Source: Lytechinus pictus (taxonomy: Eukaryota). Taken from it: DNA of 64,000 bases. Location of the stretch: the NCBI RefSeq assembly GCF_037042905.1, contig NC_087252.1, positions 26,848,001 through 26,912,000 on the forward strand, in the 5' to 3' direction. The position numbers and the translations under genes are program-made. The notes beneath the pieces were generated by a model, which was given only the letters and a program-made list of their open reading frames with translations, searched no databases and had not been told where the DNA came from. Position 1 is the first letter of the stretch. Every line of letters starts with the position of its first letter. Positions 12,560 to 25,188 of the stretch are shown in pieces.

Positions 12560-12605
12560 AACCTTATGTCGCTGGTTCGAATCCGGCTCGGTGGATGTGT
12601 TTTTT
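12560..12605 (+). pseudogene. tRNA fragment (3' half, Tyr-like) with a T-run terminator
   Basis: aaccttatgtcgctggttcgaatccggctcggtgga closely resembles the 3' half of eukaryotic tRNA-Tyr (intact B box GGTTCGAATCC), followed by TTTTTT at 12600-12605; no 5' half. Confidence 0.55.
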
Positions 12606-13271
12606 GGGGCGCAAATATTCACTACTGAATGACACGCGCCGTATAAGCTAAAACAACAACAACAACAACTTATTCCATAGGAATTAGACGGTGAGGTATT
12701 AAATTTGATTTTTTTTTGTTATTGATACAACAAGGTCTAGGGTAAAGACTACATTCTATATTCATTTCTACAAGATCTTAATTTGGTAGACGGTGAGGTC
12801 ATGCATTTTTTTTTTTTTTTTTTTTTTGAATGGCTATGCCCCTTATGTATGCTTTTGTACAGGATCTTAGTTCAGAAGGATCTTCAAATTATTAAATGAC
12901 CGGGTCTGGGGCATTAAAAGACTACACTCTACATCCATGTTATTCCAAACGATAGCGGGTCTTCAATTTAAGGTTGGTGCCCCCCCCCCCTGCCTCTCTG
13001 AAAAGCGTTTCATTGCCGATGTCACTGTAGCTTTCTCATTTTTAACAGTAATTTTATGAAACATTTCATGAGAAATAGCCTTTATATGGATAAATGCAGT
13101 GATTTGCACATATCCCGGAGGTTTGCACTTTTCCCGTGAAAATTGTTCATTTGCACATTTCCCGGCGTGGCGTTTGCACAAATTCCGTTGTTTGCCCAAA
13201 TCCCGGCGAAATTTTGCACATATACCGTTGTTCGCACATATCCCGGAGTTTGCACATATCACGGCTCCACA

Positions 13272-13697
13272 AGGGAGGGAATGCTAAATTTTAGCCTATT
13301 AATAATACCTATATTTCGTGAAATTATTTTGGATATATTTTCAATATGATTTTTCCAAGAAAGTTTACTGTCAACTGTTATTCCAAGAAATTTGGTGTAA
13401 GGTACCATTTCTAATGGGGTGTTATCAAACATAATGTTCATCGGTAACTTGTTTATGGAATTACTAAATAACATGCATTTTGTTTTGTTAAGGTTCAAAG
13501 ATAATCGATTGGCTCTTATCCATTCAGTAACATTAATAAGTTCAGAATTGATAACATCAACTAAAGTTTGTGGATTCTGATGAGAAAAAAATAAGGTCGA
13601 ATCATCTGCAAACAAGATAAGGGACAATATTCTGGATGATCTACAGAAATCATTTATATAAATTGTGAAAAGAAGTGGGCCCAATAAGCTACCCTAC
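13272..13697 (-). mobile_element. CR1-group LINE, 5' half of the copy ending at 4011 (5'-truncated within RT)
   Basis: GSLLGPLLFTIYIND..LFADDS..KFLGITVDSKLSW..IINRLKFSIPS joins directly to TSLIMLYSSL beyond 5122. Confidence 0.88.
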
Positions 13698-13933
13698 TCT
13701 AATATATTCACATCATAAGCAACATATATTTAGAACAATCATGCAGAGTATAATGAATATTTTCCCAACTAATTTTGATGTTCAGATCACATCCTTAATC
13801 TTGACGTTTCTATTTTCAAGCTGATATTTATCAGAATCCCCCCCCCCCCCGACAACAAGTAGAACTATTAGATAGTAGTTCTCCTTGCTGTGACATGGCC
13901 ATGATAGCTTTAGTATCGGCACATCACAAGAGA

Positions 13934-13978
<45 letters not shown>

Positions 13979-13995
13979 GTGTCTGTCTTTTATAG

Positions 13996-14182
13996 ATTGT
14001 CGAATACAACGACTTATGGAGAGGAGCAGACAGGATTAGAACCTTTAGGTTGGACCTGACCAATCAACCCGATAGAGCACTTGTGGACTTGAAAGTCGGT
14101 CAGAAAGGACAACGACAGGAGGAACTTGTTTGTATATTAAGGTTTACATCTCCAAGCAGATCGCTTCGCCCTCATGACCTAG
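13996..14182 (+). CDS. ZU5/UPA/death-domain gene, exon 3 in window (UPA-like); missing from the ORF track
   Basis: Acceptor ctgtcttttatag, open frame IVEYNDLWRGADRIRTFRLDLTNQPDRALVDLKVGQKGQRQEELVCILRFTSPSRSLRPHDL, donor G|gtattt; phase 0/1. Confidence 0.8.
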
Positions 14183-14585
14183 GTATTTTCTTCATTTGAA
14201 AGCTTTTAATATGTTTAATTTAATCCACGCTCTAAAATTTATAACAATGGCATCTATTGGCAGGACATTTAACATATTACAGTGAACCAATCATTATGAT
14301 GGATATTCTCAAAGCATTTATTTCAAACTAAGACGTGAATGAACATTTCATGTTTATCATAGATGCCATTCAATCTGTCGTCTAAAATGCAATTTCCAAT
14401 AACTACAGAGAGATATATGTGGATAGATGGGGGGGGGGAAGGACTTGAGTATAAAATGATCTTTACTGGCACGGCTTTGGGATGTACAATTTCATGTCTT
14501 TCATTATTGACATATATTGGGAAGAAAGCATACTTAAACAATAATTCCATTCCTGGTTGCTTCTCTCCTGACATCTTTTGTGTAG

Positions 14586-14643
14586 GACAACTAGAAGGTG
14601 CTACAGGTCAAACACCACATCAACAAATAGAAAAAAGTCCTGA
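14586..14643 (+). CDS. ZU5/UPA/death-domain gene, exon 4 in window (linker)
   Basis: Acceptor cttttgtgtag, GQLEGATGQTPHQQIEKSP, donor GA|gtaagt; phase 1/2 exactly bridges exon 3 and the death-domain exon. Confidence 0.8.
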
Positions 14644-15244
14644 GTAAGTTGCAATCATTTACTTTCCCTTTAATTATATAAGCCCTAGTTGATTGAGACT
14701 GAAGGTGGACAATGATTAGAGAGTTGCATTTCACTGAAAAGAAGGTATATCTACATACACTCCTTTTTTAGTGAAGCAATTGTTTTTATTCTACCAGATT
14801 CCTTTATCGAATATGTATGTTGATATAGATGATAGGGCTATATTTTCTTAGATTAAGTAATTCCTCCTCCTAATTTTCAGATTGATTTGTAAGAATTTTG
14901 CAATATTTTCAAGTTCTATGGACTATTCTATTGTAGCACCTCCTTTAATAAAACCTTTATAGTCGAACGTCCATCCCCGAACAATTAAGTATTTTTAGTA
15001 AAAATTTTGTTCAGCGTAAAACACTTAAATATTGCCAGCAAAATTCATTTTTCAATTTTTCTCATATTAATTTTTTTGTTGAAAATATGAAGAAAAATGA
15101 GAAGTGGCATCATCTTTTCTAAAGTCGGGGATTTTTGACATGTTCTTAAAGATATGAATACATATATTTAGGTGACGTGGTTAACTAAATAATTGCGATA
15201 TTGATATTTTTGCTACTTTTGAAATGAACCCGATTTGATTTAGC

Positions 15245-18200
15245 TCAATCATCATTACACCCACGCACTGTTAAATAAGCATCACATCCCACGTACGCTC
15301 TACGCCCACGTATGCTCAATCATCATCACCTCACACTCGCTCTATCACCATTACACCCACACACCATGAACACCTCACACACGTTCAATCATCATTACAC
15401 CTCACACTCGCTCTATCGCATCACACCCACACACCATTAACACCTCACACACGTTCAATCATCATTACACCTCACACTCGCTCTATCACACCACACCAAC
15501 ACACCATTAAAACCTCACATACGTTCAATCATCATTACACCTCGCACTCGCTCTATCACATCACACCCACACACCATTAACACCTCACGTTCAATCATCA
15601 TCACACCTCACACTCGCTCTATCGCATCACATCCACACACCACTAACACCTCACACACGTTCAATCATCATCACACCTCACACTCGCTCTATCGCATCAC
15701 ATCCACACACCATTAACTCCTCACACACGTTCAATCATTATTACACATCACACCCACACACCATTAACACCGCACACACGTTCAATCATCATTACACCTC
15801 ACACTCGCTCTATCGCATCACACCCACACACCATAAACACCCCATGCACGTTCAATCATCATTACACCTCACACTCGCTATATCGCATCACACCCACACA
15901 CCATAAACACCTCACACACGTTCATTCATCATTACACCTCACACTCGCTCTATCCACATTACACCCACACACCATTAACACCTCACACACGTTCAATCAT
16001 CATCACACCTCACACTCGCTCTATCGCATCACACCCACACACCATTAACACCTCACACACGTTCAATCATCATCACACCTCACACTCGCTCTATCGCATC
16101 ACATCCACACACCACTAACACCTCACACACGTTCAATCATCATCACACCTCACACTCGCTCTATCCCCATTACACCCACACACCATTAACACCTCACACA
16201 CGTTCAATCATCATTACACCTCACACTCGCTCTATCGCATCACATCCACACACCATTAACACCTCACACACGTTCAATCATCATTACACCTCACACTCGC
16301 TCTATCACACCACACCAACACACCATTAACACCTCACATACGTTCAATCATCATTACACCTCGTACTCGCTCTATCACATCACACCCACACACCATTAAC
16401 ACCTCACGTTCAATCATCATCACACCTCACACTCGCTCTATCGCATCACATCCACACACCACTAACACCTCACACACGTTCAATCATCATCACACCTCAC
16501 ACTCGCTCTATCGCATCACATCCACACACCATTAACTCCTCACACACGTTCAATCATCATTACACATCACACCCACACACCATTAACACCGCACACACTT
16601 TCAATCATCATTACACCTCACACTCGCTCTATCGCATCACACCCACACACCATAAACACCCCACACACGTTCAATCATCATTACACCTCACACTCGCTCT
16701 ATCGCATCACACCCACACACCATAAACACCCCACACACGTTCAATCATCATCACACCTCACACTCGCTCTATCGCATCACATCCACACACCACTAACACC
16801 TCACACACGTTCAATCATCATCACACCTCACACTCGCTCTATCGCATCACATCCACACACCATTAACTCCTCACACACGTTCAATCATCATTACACATCA
16901 CACCCACACACCATTAACACCGCACACACGTTCAATCATCATTACACCTCACACTCGCTCTATCACATCACACCCACAAACCATAAACACCTCACACGCG
17001 TTCATTCATCATTACACCTCACACTCGCTCTATCCCCATTACACCCACACACCATTAAAACCTCACACACGTTCAATCATCATCACACCTCACACTAGCT
17101 CTATCGCATCACACCCACACACCATTAACACCTCACGTTCAATCATCATCACACCTCACACTCGCTCTATCGCATCACATCCACACACCACTAACACCTC
17201 ACACACGTTCAATCATCATCACACCTCACACTCGCTCTATCGCATCACATCCACACACCATTAACTCCTCACACACGTTCAATCATCATTACACATCACA
17301 CCCACACACCATTAACACCGCACACACGTTCAATCATCATAACACATCACACCCACACACCATTAACACCGCACACACGTTCAATCATCATTACACCTCA
17401 CACTCGCTCTATCACATCACACCCACACACCATAAACACCTCACACACGTTCATTCATCATTACACATCACACTCGCTCTATCACCATTACACCCACACA
17501 CCATTTACACCTCACACACGTTCAATCATCATCACACCTCACACTCGCTCTATCGCATCATACCCACACACCATTAACACCTCACACACGTTCAATCATC
17601 ATCACACCTCACACTCGCTCTATCGCATCACATCCACACACCATTAACTCCTCACACACGTTCAATCATCATTACACATCACACCCACACATCATTAACA
17701 CCTCACAAAGGTTCAATCATCATTACACGTCACACTCGCTCTATCGCATCACACCTACACACCATTAACACCCCACACACGTTCAATCATCTTTACACCT
17801 CACACTCGCTCTATCGCATCACACCCACACACCATTAACACCTCACACACGTTCAATCATCATTACACCTCACACTCGCTCTATCACCATTACACCCACA
17901 CACCATTAACACCTCACACACGTTCAATCATTATCACACCTCACACTAGCTCTATCGCGTCATACCCACATACCATTAACACCGCACACACGTTCAATCA
18001 TCATTACACCTCACACTCGCTCTATCGCATTACACCCACACACCATTAACACCTCACACACGTTCAATCATCATCACACCTCACACTCGCTCTATCGCAT
18101 TACACCCCAACACCATTAACACCTCACACACGTTCAATCATCATTACACCTCACAATCGCTCTATCGCATCATACCCACACACCATTAACACCTCACACA

Positions 18201-20895
18201 CGTTCAATCATCATTACACCTCACACTCGCTCTATCACCATCACACCCCAACACCATGAACACCGCACACACGTTCAATCATCATCACACCTCACACTCG
18301 CTCTATCGCATCACACCCACACACCATGAACACCTCACACACGTTCAATCATCATTACACCTCACACTCGCTCTATTGCATCACACCCACACACCATTAA
18401 CACCTCACACACGTTCAATCATCATTACACCTCACACTCGCTCTATCACCATCACACCCCAACACCATGAACACCGCACACACGTTCAATCATCATCACA
18501 CCTCACACTCGCTCTATCGCATCACACCCACACACCATGAACACCTCACACACGTTCAATCATCATTACACCTCACACTCGCTCTATCGCATCACACCCA
18601 CACACCACTAACACCTCACACACGTTCAATCATCATCACACCTCACACTCGCTCTATCCCCATTACACCCACACACCATTAACACCTCACACACGTTCAA
18701 TCATCATTACACCTCACACTCGCTCTATCGCATCACATCCACACACCATTAACACCTCACACACGTTCAATCATCATTACACCTCACACTCGCTCTATCA
18801 CACCACACCAACACACCATTAACACCTCACATACGTTCAATCATCATTACACCTCGTACTCGCTCTATCACATCACACCCACACACCACTAACACCTCAC
18901 ACACGTTCAATCATCATTACACCTCACACTCGCTCTATCGCATCACATCCACACACCATTAACACCTCACACACGTTCAATCATCATTACACCTCACACT
19001 CGCTCTATCACACCACACCAACACACCATTAACACCTCACGTTCAATCATCATCACACCTCACACTCGCTCTATCGCATCACATCCACACACCACTAACA
19101 CCTCACACACGTTCAATCATCATCACACCTCACACTCGCTCTATCGCATCACATCCACACACCATTAACTCCTCACACACGTTCAATCATCATTACACAT
19201 CACACCCACACACCATTAACACCGCACACACTTTCAATCATCATTACACCTCACACTCGCTCTATCGCATCACACCCACACACCATAAACACCCCACACA
19301 CGTTCAATCATCATTACACCTCACACTCGCTCTATCGCATCACACCCACACACCATTAACTCCTCACACACGTTCAATCATCATTACACATCACACCCAC
19401 ATACCATTAACACCGCACACACGTTCAATCATCATAACACATCACACCCACACACCATTAACACCGCACACACGTTCAATCATCATTACACCTCACACTC
19501 GCTCTATCACATCACACCCACACACCATAAACACCTCACACACGTTCATTCATCATTACACATCACACTCGCTCTATCACCATTACACCCACACACCATT
19601 TACACCTCACACACGTTCAATCATCATCACACCTCACAATCGCTCTATCGCATCATACCCACACACCATTAACACCTCACACACGTTCAATCATCATCAC
19701 ACCTCACACTCGCTCTATCGCATCACATCCACACACCATTAACTCCTCACACACGTTCAATCATCATTACACATCACACTCGCTCTATCGCATCACACCT
19801 ACACACCATTAACACCTCACACACGTTCAATCATCATTACACCTCACACTCGCTCTATCACCATTACACCCACACACCATTAACACCTCACACACGTTCA
19901 ATCATTATCACACCTCACACTAGCTCTATCGCGTCATACCCACACACCATTAACACCGCACACACGTTCAATCATCATTACACCTCACACTCGCTCTATC
20001 GCATTACACCCACACACCATTAACACCTCACACACGTTCAATCATCATCACACCTCACACTCGCTCTATCGCATCACACCCCAACACCATGAACACCTCA
20101 CACACGTTCAATCATCATTACACCTCACACTCGCTCTATCGCATTACACCCCAACACCATTAACACCTCACACACGTTCAATCATCATTACACCTCACAA
20201 TCGCTCTATCGCATCATACCCACACACCATTAACACCTCACACACGTTCAATCATCATTACACCTCACACTCGCTCTATCACCATCACACCCCAACACCA
20301 TGAACACCGCACACACGTTCAATCATCATCACACCTCACACTCGCTCTATCGCATCACACCCACACACCATGAACACCTCACACACGTTCAATCATCATT
20401 ACACATCACACTCGCTCTATCGCATCACACCCACACACCATTAACACCTCACACACGTTCAATCATCATTACACCTCACACTCGCTCTATTGCATCACAC
20501 CCACACACCATTAACACCTCACACACGTTCAATCATCATTACACCTCACACTCGCTCTATCACCATCACACCCCAACACAATGAACACCGCACACACGTT
20601 CAATCATCATCACACCTCACACTCGCTCTATCGCATCACACCCACACACCATGAACACCTCACACACGTTCAATCATCATTACACCTCACACTCGCTCTA
20701 TCGCATCACACCCACACACCACTAACACCTCACACACGTTCAATCATCATCACACCTCACACTCGCTCTATCCCCATTACACCCACACACCATTAACACC
20801 TCACACACGTTCAATCATCATTACACCTCACACCCACTCTATCGCATCATACCCACACACCTAACACCTCACACACGTTCAATCATCATTACACC
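15245..20895. repeat. Intronic satellite, 70-bp unit (with 49-, 66- and 71-bp variants), about 5.6 kb
   Basis: Consensus cacctcacacacgttcaatcatcattacacctcacactcgctctatcgcatcacacccacacaccattaa, e.g. 15371-15440, repeating from 15441. Confidence 0.97.
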
Positions 20896-21950
20896 TGCGT
20901 CCGGTAAATTTTGCATGCGTCCGGTAAATTCAATTTACCGGACGCATGAAATTATCATGCATCCGATAAATTATTAATTTTTGTGAAATTTCTCCTTTTT
21001 ATAAAACAGATGATGCATGGGTTTCTTCCGTGTGCACGCGGTAACTTTGGCATTACGGTCTAAACCATGCCAAACATCCCTTGTGTACACCCCATGCATC
21101 ATTTGTATACCGTTGCATGGGTTAAGAAAATGTGACGTCACTATACAAAATTGAGATTCAACGCTTTGCATGCGCTTAGTTAATGCAGACGCGCAGGGTT
21201 TATAAAGCAAAATCTTTCGGATAGATTGGGCGTGACAAATTTATATGATATTTCTGATTCCTCGAGTAGAAACTGGATAAGACAAGAGGGAGATCTAGGA
21301 ATAAAGGATTCACAGTTGCAAAATTGGTTTACGTTCATAAACGAAAACTCTCAGAATTTTCCAAGAAAATCTTCGTCTAGAAAGTTACCCAATCAATATA
21401 AATAAAATAAATAGAATCACTTTTTGTAGATTCCGCTGTGGGAATCATCGGCTTCCCATTGTCTGAGGAAGATATGAAAATCGTAAAAGAAACATGAGGC
21501 TTTGTAGATTATGCAGCCTTCAATCAATTGGTGATGAATTCTACTATCCAGTACTTTTTTTTTGCTAAAGCAAAAAAGTTTCATCTTAAAAGATATCATT
21601 AATTGTGAAAAAAAAACAGACATCCGTTCCAACTTTGTTAAATTTTGTAAGAAAATCATGCTTCGTTCTAAATATGTCATGCTCGAAATTCAATATTTTG
21701 AGCTGTTAATGAATAGTAGTATAACAGCCAATGATATGCTGATGCCATTACTTGCCTTCTGTTCGACATAATATGTAAATTATAAGTTTAAAAGCTGAGG
21801 TTTTTTTAAGCTTCATGATATCAATCCATTATTTCAACTGTAGGCTTAATTTTCAAATTTTCTAAAAGTTTGAAATATAATATTTTGAGCTTTTCAACTG
21901 TGGTATAATAGCCAACGATATGATGATGTAGTTACTTGCATTTTTCTTAT

Positions 21951-23468
21951 TTTTGTCTCGCCTGCGTAGCGGAGCGAGACATAGGTATCACTATTTTCGA
22001 CGTCGGCGTCGTCGTCGTCGTCAACAATTGTGTTGTACACCCTATAACTTTCTATAGCTTTGAGGTAGGATCACCGAATTCATACCAGAGGTCCATGCCC
22101 TGAAGGCATAGGTCAAGTTCGAATATGAGTCGAATTTGAATAAAGTCAAAGGTCAAAGGTCGATGAACTTTCCATGACTGGCACTGTGCTATGTTGTACA
22201 CATAATAACTTTCTATATCTTCGAGGTGGGATCACCAAATTCATACCAGAGGTCCATCTCCTGAAGGCACAGGTCAAGTTCGAATATGAGTCGAATTTGA
22301 ATAAGGTCAAAGTTCAATGAACTTTCCATGACTGGCACTGTGCTGTGTTGTACACACAATAACTTTCTATAGCTTCGAGGTGAGATCGCCAAATTCATAA
22401 CAGAGGTCCATCTCTTGAAGGTGCAGGTCAAATTCAAATGTGATCGGAATTTGAATAAGGTCAAAGGTCAATGAACTTTCCATGACTGGCACTGTACTGT
22501 GCTGTACACACAATAACTTTCTAAAGCTTCGAGGTGAGATCGCCAAATTCATAACAGAGGTCCATCTCCTGAAGGCACAGGTCAAGTTCGAATATGAGTC
22601 GAATTTGAATAAGGTCAAAGGTCAATGAACATTCCATGATTTGCACTGTGCTATGTTGTACACATAATAACTTTCTATATCTTCGAGGTGGGATCACCAA
22701 ATTCATACCAGAGGTCCATCTCTTGAAGGTACAGGTCAAGTTTGAATGTGAGTTGAATTTGATTAAGGTCAAAGGTCAATGAACTTTCCATGACTGGCAC
22801 TGTGCTGTGTTGTACACATAATAACTTTTTATATATTTGAGATGGGATCGCCAAACTCGTAACAGAGGTCCATCTCTTGAAGGTGCAGGACATTTTGCCC
22901 TCACATCTATCATAGCCTTTAGTCAAAATGTGGTTATGAAAAACTGCACTCTTTCGAACTTCCTACTCATACCCTATTACTTATTTTATCTTGTAGTACT
23001 TTACTCTTGCATCATTTACTTTATATCATATGCACATAGATCAATTTAAAAAACCCTACTGCTAAAGTGAAGGAAGATGGCTAAAAATCACACGCAATAA
23101 GTTTTTATATTTATCTTTCATGCACAACCTTTCCTCCATTTTTTCAAACAATAAGTTTGCCATAACACCTTAATAATTAATTTAATTCTACAATTTTATT
23201 CACATTATTATTAATTACATTCTTTTACACTAACATTCATTTCCTTACTTGCATGGAAATAATTATAGCTTCATAGTATTAACAGCATTCTTAGTGTTAT
23301 CTAATTTTCTAGGGATAAAGTAGGCCTATACCATTAATGCATATGTAAACTGTCAGAACCACAATTCACCCAGTAAACTGCTTACAGCCTCAGAAGTCAT
23401 ATAGCATAGTTTTGACATGCAGTCTCTTCATGACTGCAATATGCAGACAACGCTTGGCGTTTGCCTTG
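21951..23468 (+). mobile_element. Helentron-associated/DINE-1/pearl-like element with internal 154-bp tandem repeats
   Basis: Starts in a T-run with hairpin gtctcg..cgagac (21955-21980), then (GTC)n, about 5.5 repeats of 154 bp (about 22030-22890; ORFs recur at 154-bp offsets), and a 3' hairpin aacgcttggcgtt-tgccttg followed by a T-run. Confidence 0.75.
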
Positions 23469-23760
23469 TTTTTCAATCATGTGTCAACTTTGATTATATT
23501 TTTGAAGCTTCAGGGCATACTATTTCAACCGTGATTATGAAATGATTTTTAATGCAAAAATTTGTATTTTTTTAAGTTTTATAAAATGTACGTATTTGTA
23601 AATTATTTGATGAAATACTATTGATGGTTTTGTGCATTTAATTGTGTTTGATTGTTTTTTCCAATACCCACTCTATGGGTGACATGGGAATAAATGTCAT
23701 TGTCATTTCGCATTGGGTGAAATCTTGCAACATTGCACTCATGCCTAATCGCTATGTGTA

Positions 23761-24001
23761 CACAGCAAAAACTGTGGTGTTAACCGGTGTACATAGAGGA
23801 CCACACCACTTACTTTACACCGGTGTTAATTTGGTGGTGTTAGTTTTACACCTATAGGTGTTAAAATACAACACCTATGGTTGTTACATTTACACTCTTT
23901 GGTGTCATGTTCAATCTCTAGGGTCTAATTTTAACACCTCAGGGTGTGGTCTTCTATTAACACCAATCGGTGTCAGTTTTAACACCACAGTCTTTACAGT
24001 G
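23761..24001. mobile_element. CAC..GTG MITE family, copy 1
   Basis: TIR cacagcaaaaactgtggtgttaa / ttaacaccacagtctttacagtg; homologous copies at 59755-59985 and 62284-62522. Confidence 0.85.
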
Positions 24002-24198
24002 CATATTGTTGAACGCACAATAGGGGATTTAACAACCGTTGTGCAGAACACTTTCTGGAATGTAGAGAATGTATTCCCGAATGCCCTTCATGACAATGAA
24101 GTATTTGTCGAAGGTCGGTGAATCGAAAAATATCAAAATTAAATATGTAAACACTTAAAAAGATACGGGTAGATCAATTTATTCAGAGCCATTGTTAA

Positions 24199-24802
24199 AG
24201 TTCAAGTCCACCCCCAAAAATGTTGACTTGAATAAATAGAGAAAAATCAAACAAGCATTATGCTGACAATTTCATCAAAATCGGATGTAGAATAAAAAAG
24301 TTATGACATTTTAAAGTTTCACTTATTTTTCCCAAAACAGTGATATGCATACCTCAGTGACATGCAAATGAGACAGACGATGATGTCCCTCACTCATTAT
24401 TTCTTTTGTTTTTTTATTGTTTGAATTATACAATATTTCATTTTTTTACAGATTTGACAATAATGACCAACTTGATTGAACCAAATAGTATTAAACAATG
24501 ATAATAGCACATGTTCAGGGAGGAATTAATCGTTGTTTCACATGACAACAGGGAGAATATTTCACATGTCACATAATAAAATACAAAGGAAATAGTGAGT
24601 GAGTGATGTCATCAGTCTCCTCATACTGTCATATGTATACCGACAAGGATTTGAATATGACTGTTTTATGAAATTAAGCGAAACTTTAAAATGTCATAAC
24701 TTTCTTATTTTATATCCGATTTTGATGACATTTTCAGTGTTATGCGTGTTGGATTTTTCTCTTTTTATTCGAATCAACTTTTTGTTGAGTTGGACTTGTC
24801 CT
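24199..24802. mobile_element. Kolobok-like MITE (TTAA TSD, AG..CT termini)
   Basis: TTAA|agttcaagtcca .. tggacttgtcct|TTAA; second copy at 37778-38354. Confidence 0.82.
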
Positions 24803-25188
24803 TTAATTATAATGGCTCTGTTCTATCTAGAGGTCCAAGGATTCTGGACAAACGACATATATTTGCAATTTTTTTCGTCAGGTCCGAAAGGTCAGACGAA
24901 ACTGATTTTCGACAAAGACCTTTTAGATTTCATTATGACTTGTCTTGCATTTTCAATACATTTGCTGTGTGCTAGGATTGACTTTGCGTGGCGTTGCGAA
25001 AGCTCTCTAAAATTGCTAGATGCAATAAGGTGAGGTAAACAAGTTGGAACGATTATAATGAATAATGAAATATTTTGATATCTCTCCCTTTCGTCTTAAC
25101 CGTAAACGGAATCATCAAAATCGTTAGTTTGTATATGTTTTTATTAAACCTGAAACATATAACTTGAGATTATATCTTACACTCATAG

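Larger units (their letters stand above)
5123..13271. mobile_element. Foldback/Mutator-like non-autonomous DNA transposon, about 8.15 kb, with long modular TIRs and nested cargo
   Basis: Left TIR about 5123-5500 and right TIR about 12978-13271 (tgtggagccgtgatatgtgcaaac.. / ..gtttgcacatatcacggctccaca), built from reiterated atatgtgcaaa modules. Target duplication ggaggga at 5116-5122 and 13274-13280. Removing the element restores the LINE frame KFSIPSTSLIM. Confidence 0.88.

Noticed and set aside
18256..20796. His/Thr-rich ORFs (MNTAHTFNHHHTSHSL..)
   Set aside because: Translations of the 70-bp satellite; the unit is not a multiple of 3 and most units contain stops.
21125..21235. Promoter-like set: TGACGTCA, TATAAA, reverse CCAAT within the last intron
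   Set aside because: Short motifs expected by chance; no linked exon or other support for an internal DD-only promoter.
22213..22926. Four similar 83-aa ORFs on minus strand
   Set aside because: Produced by the 154-bp tandem repeat, shifting frame each unit.
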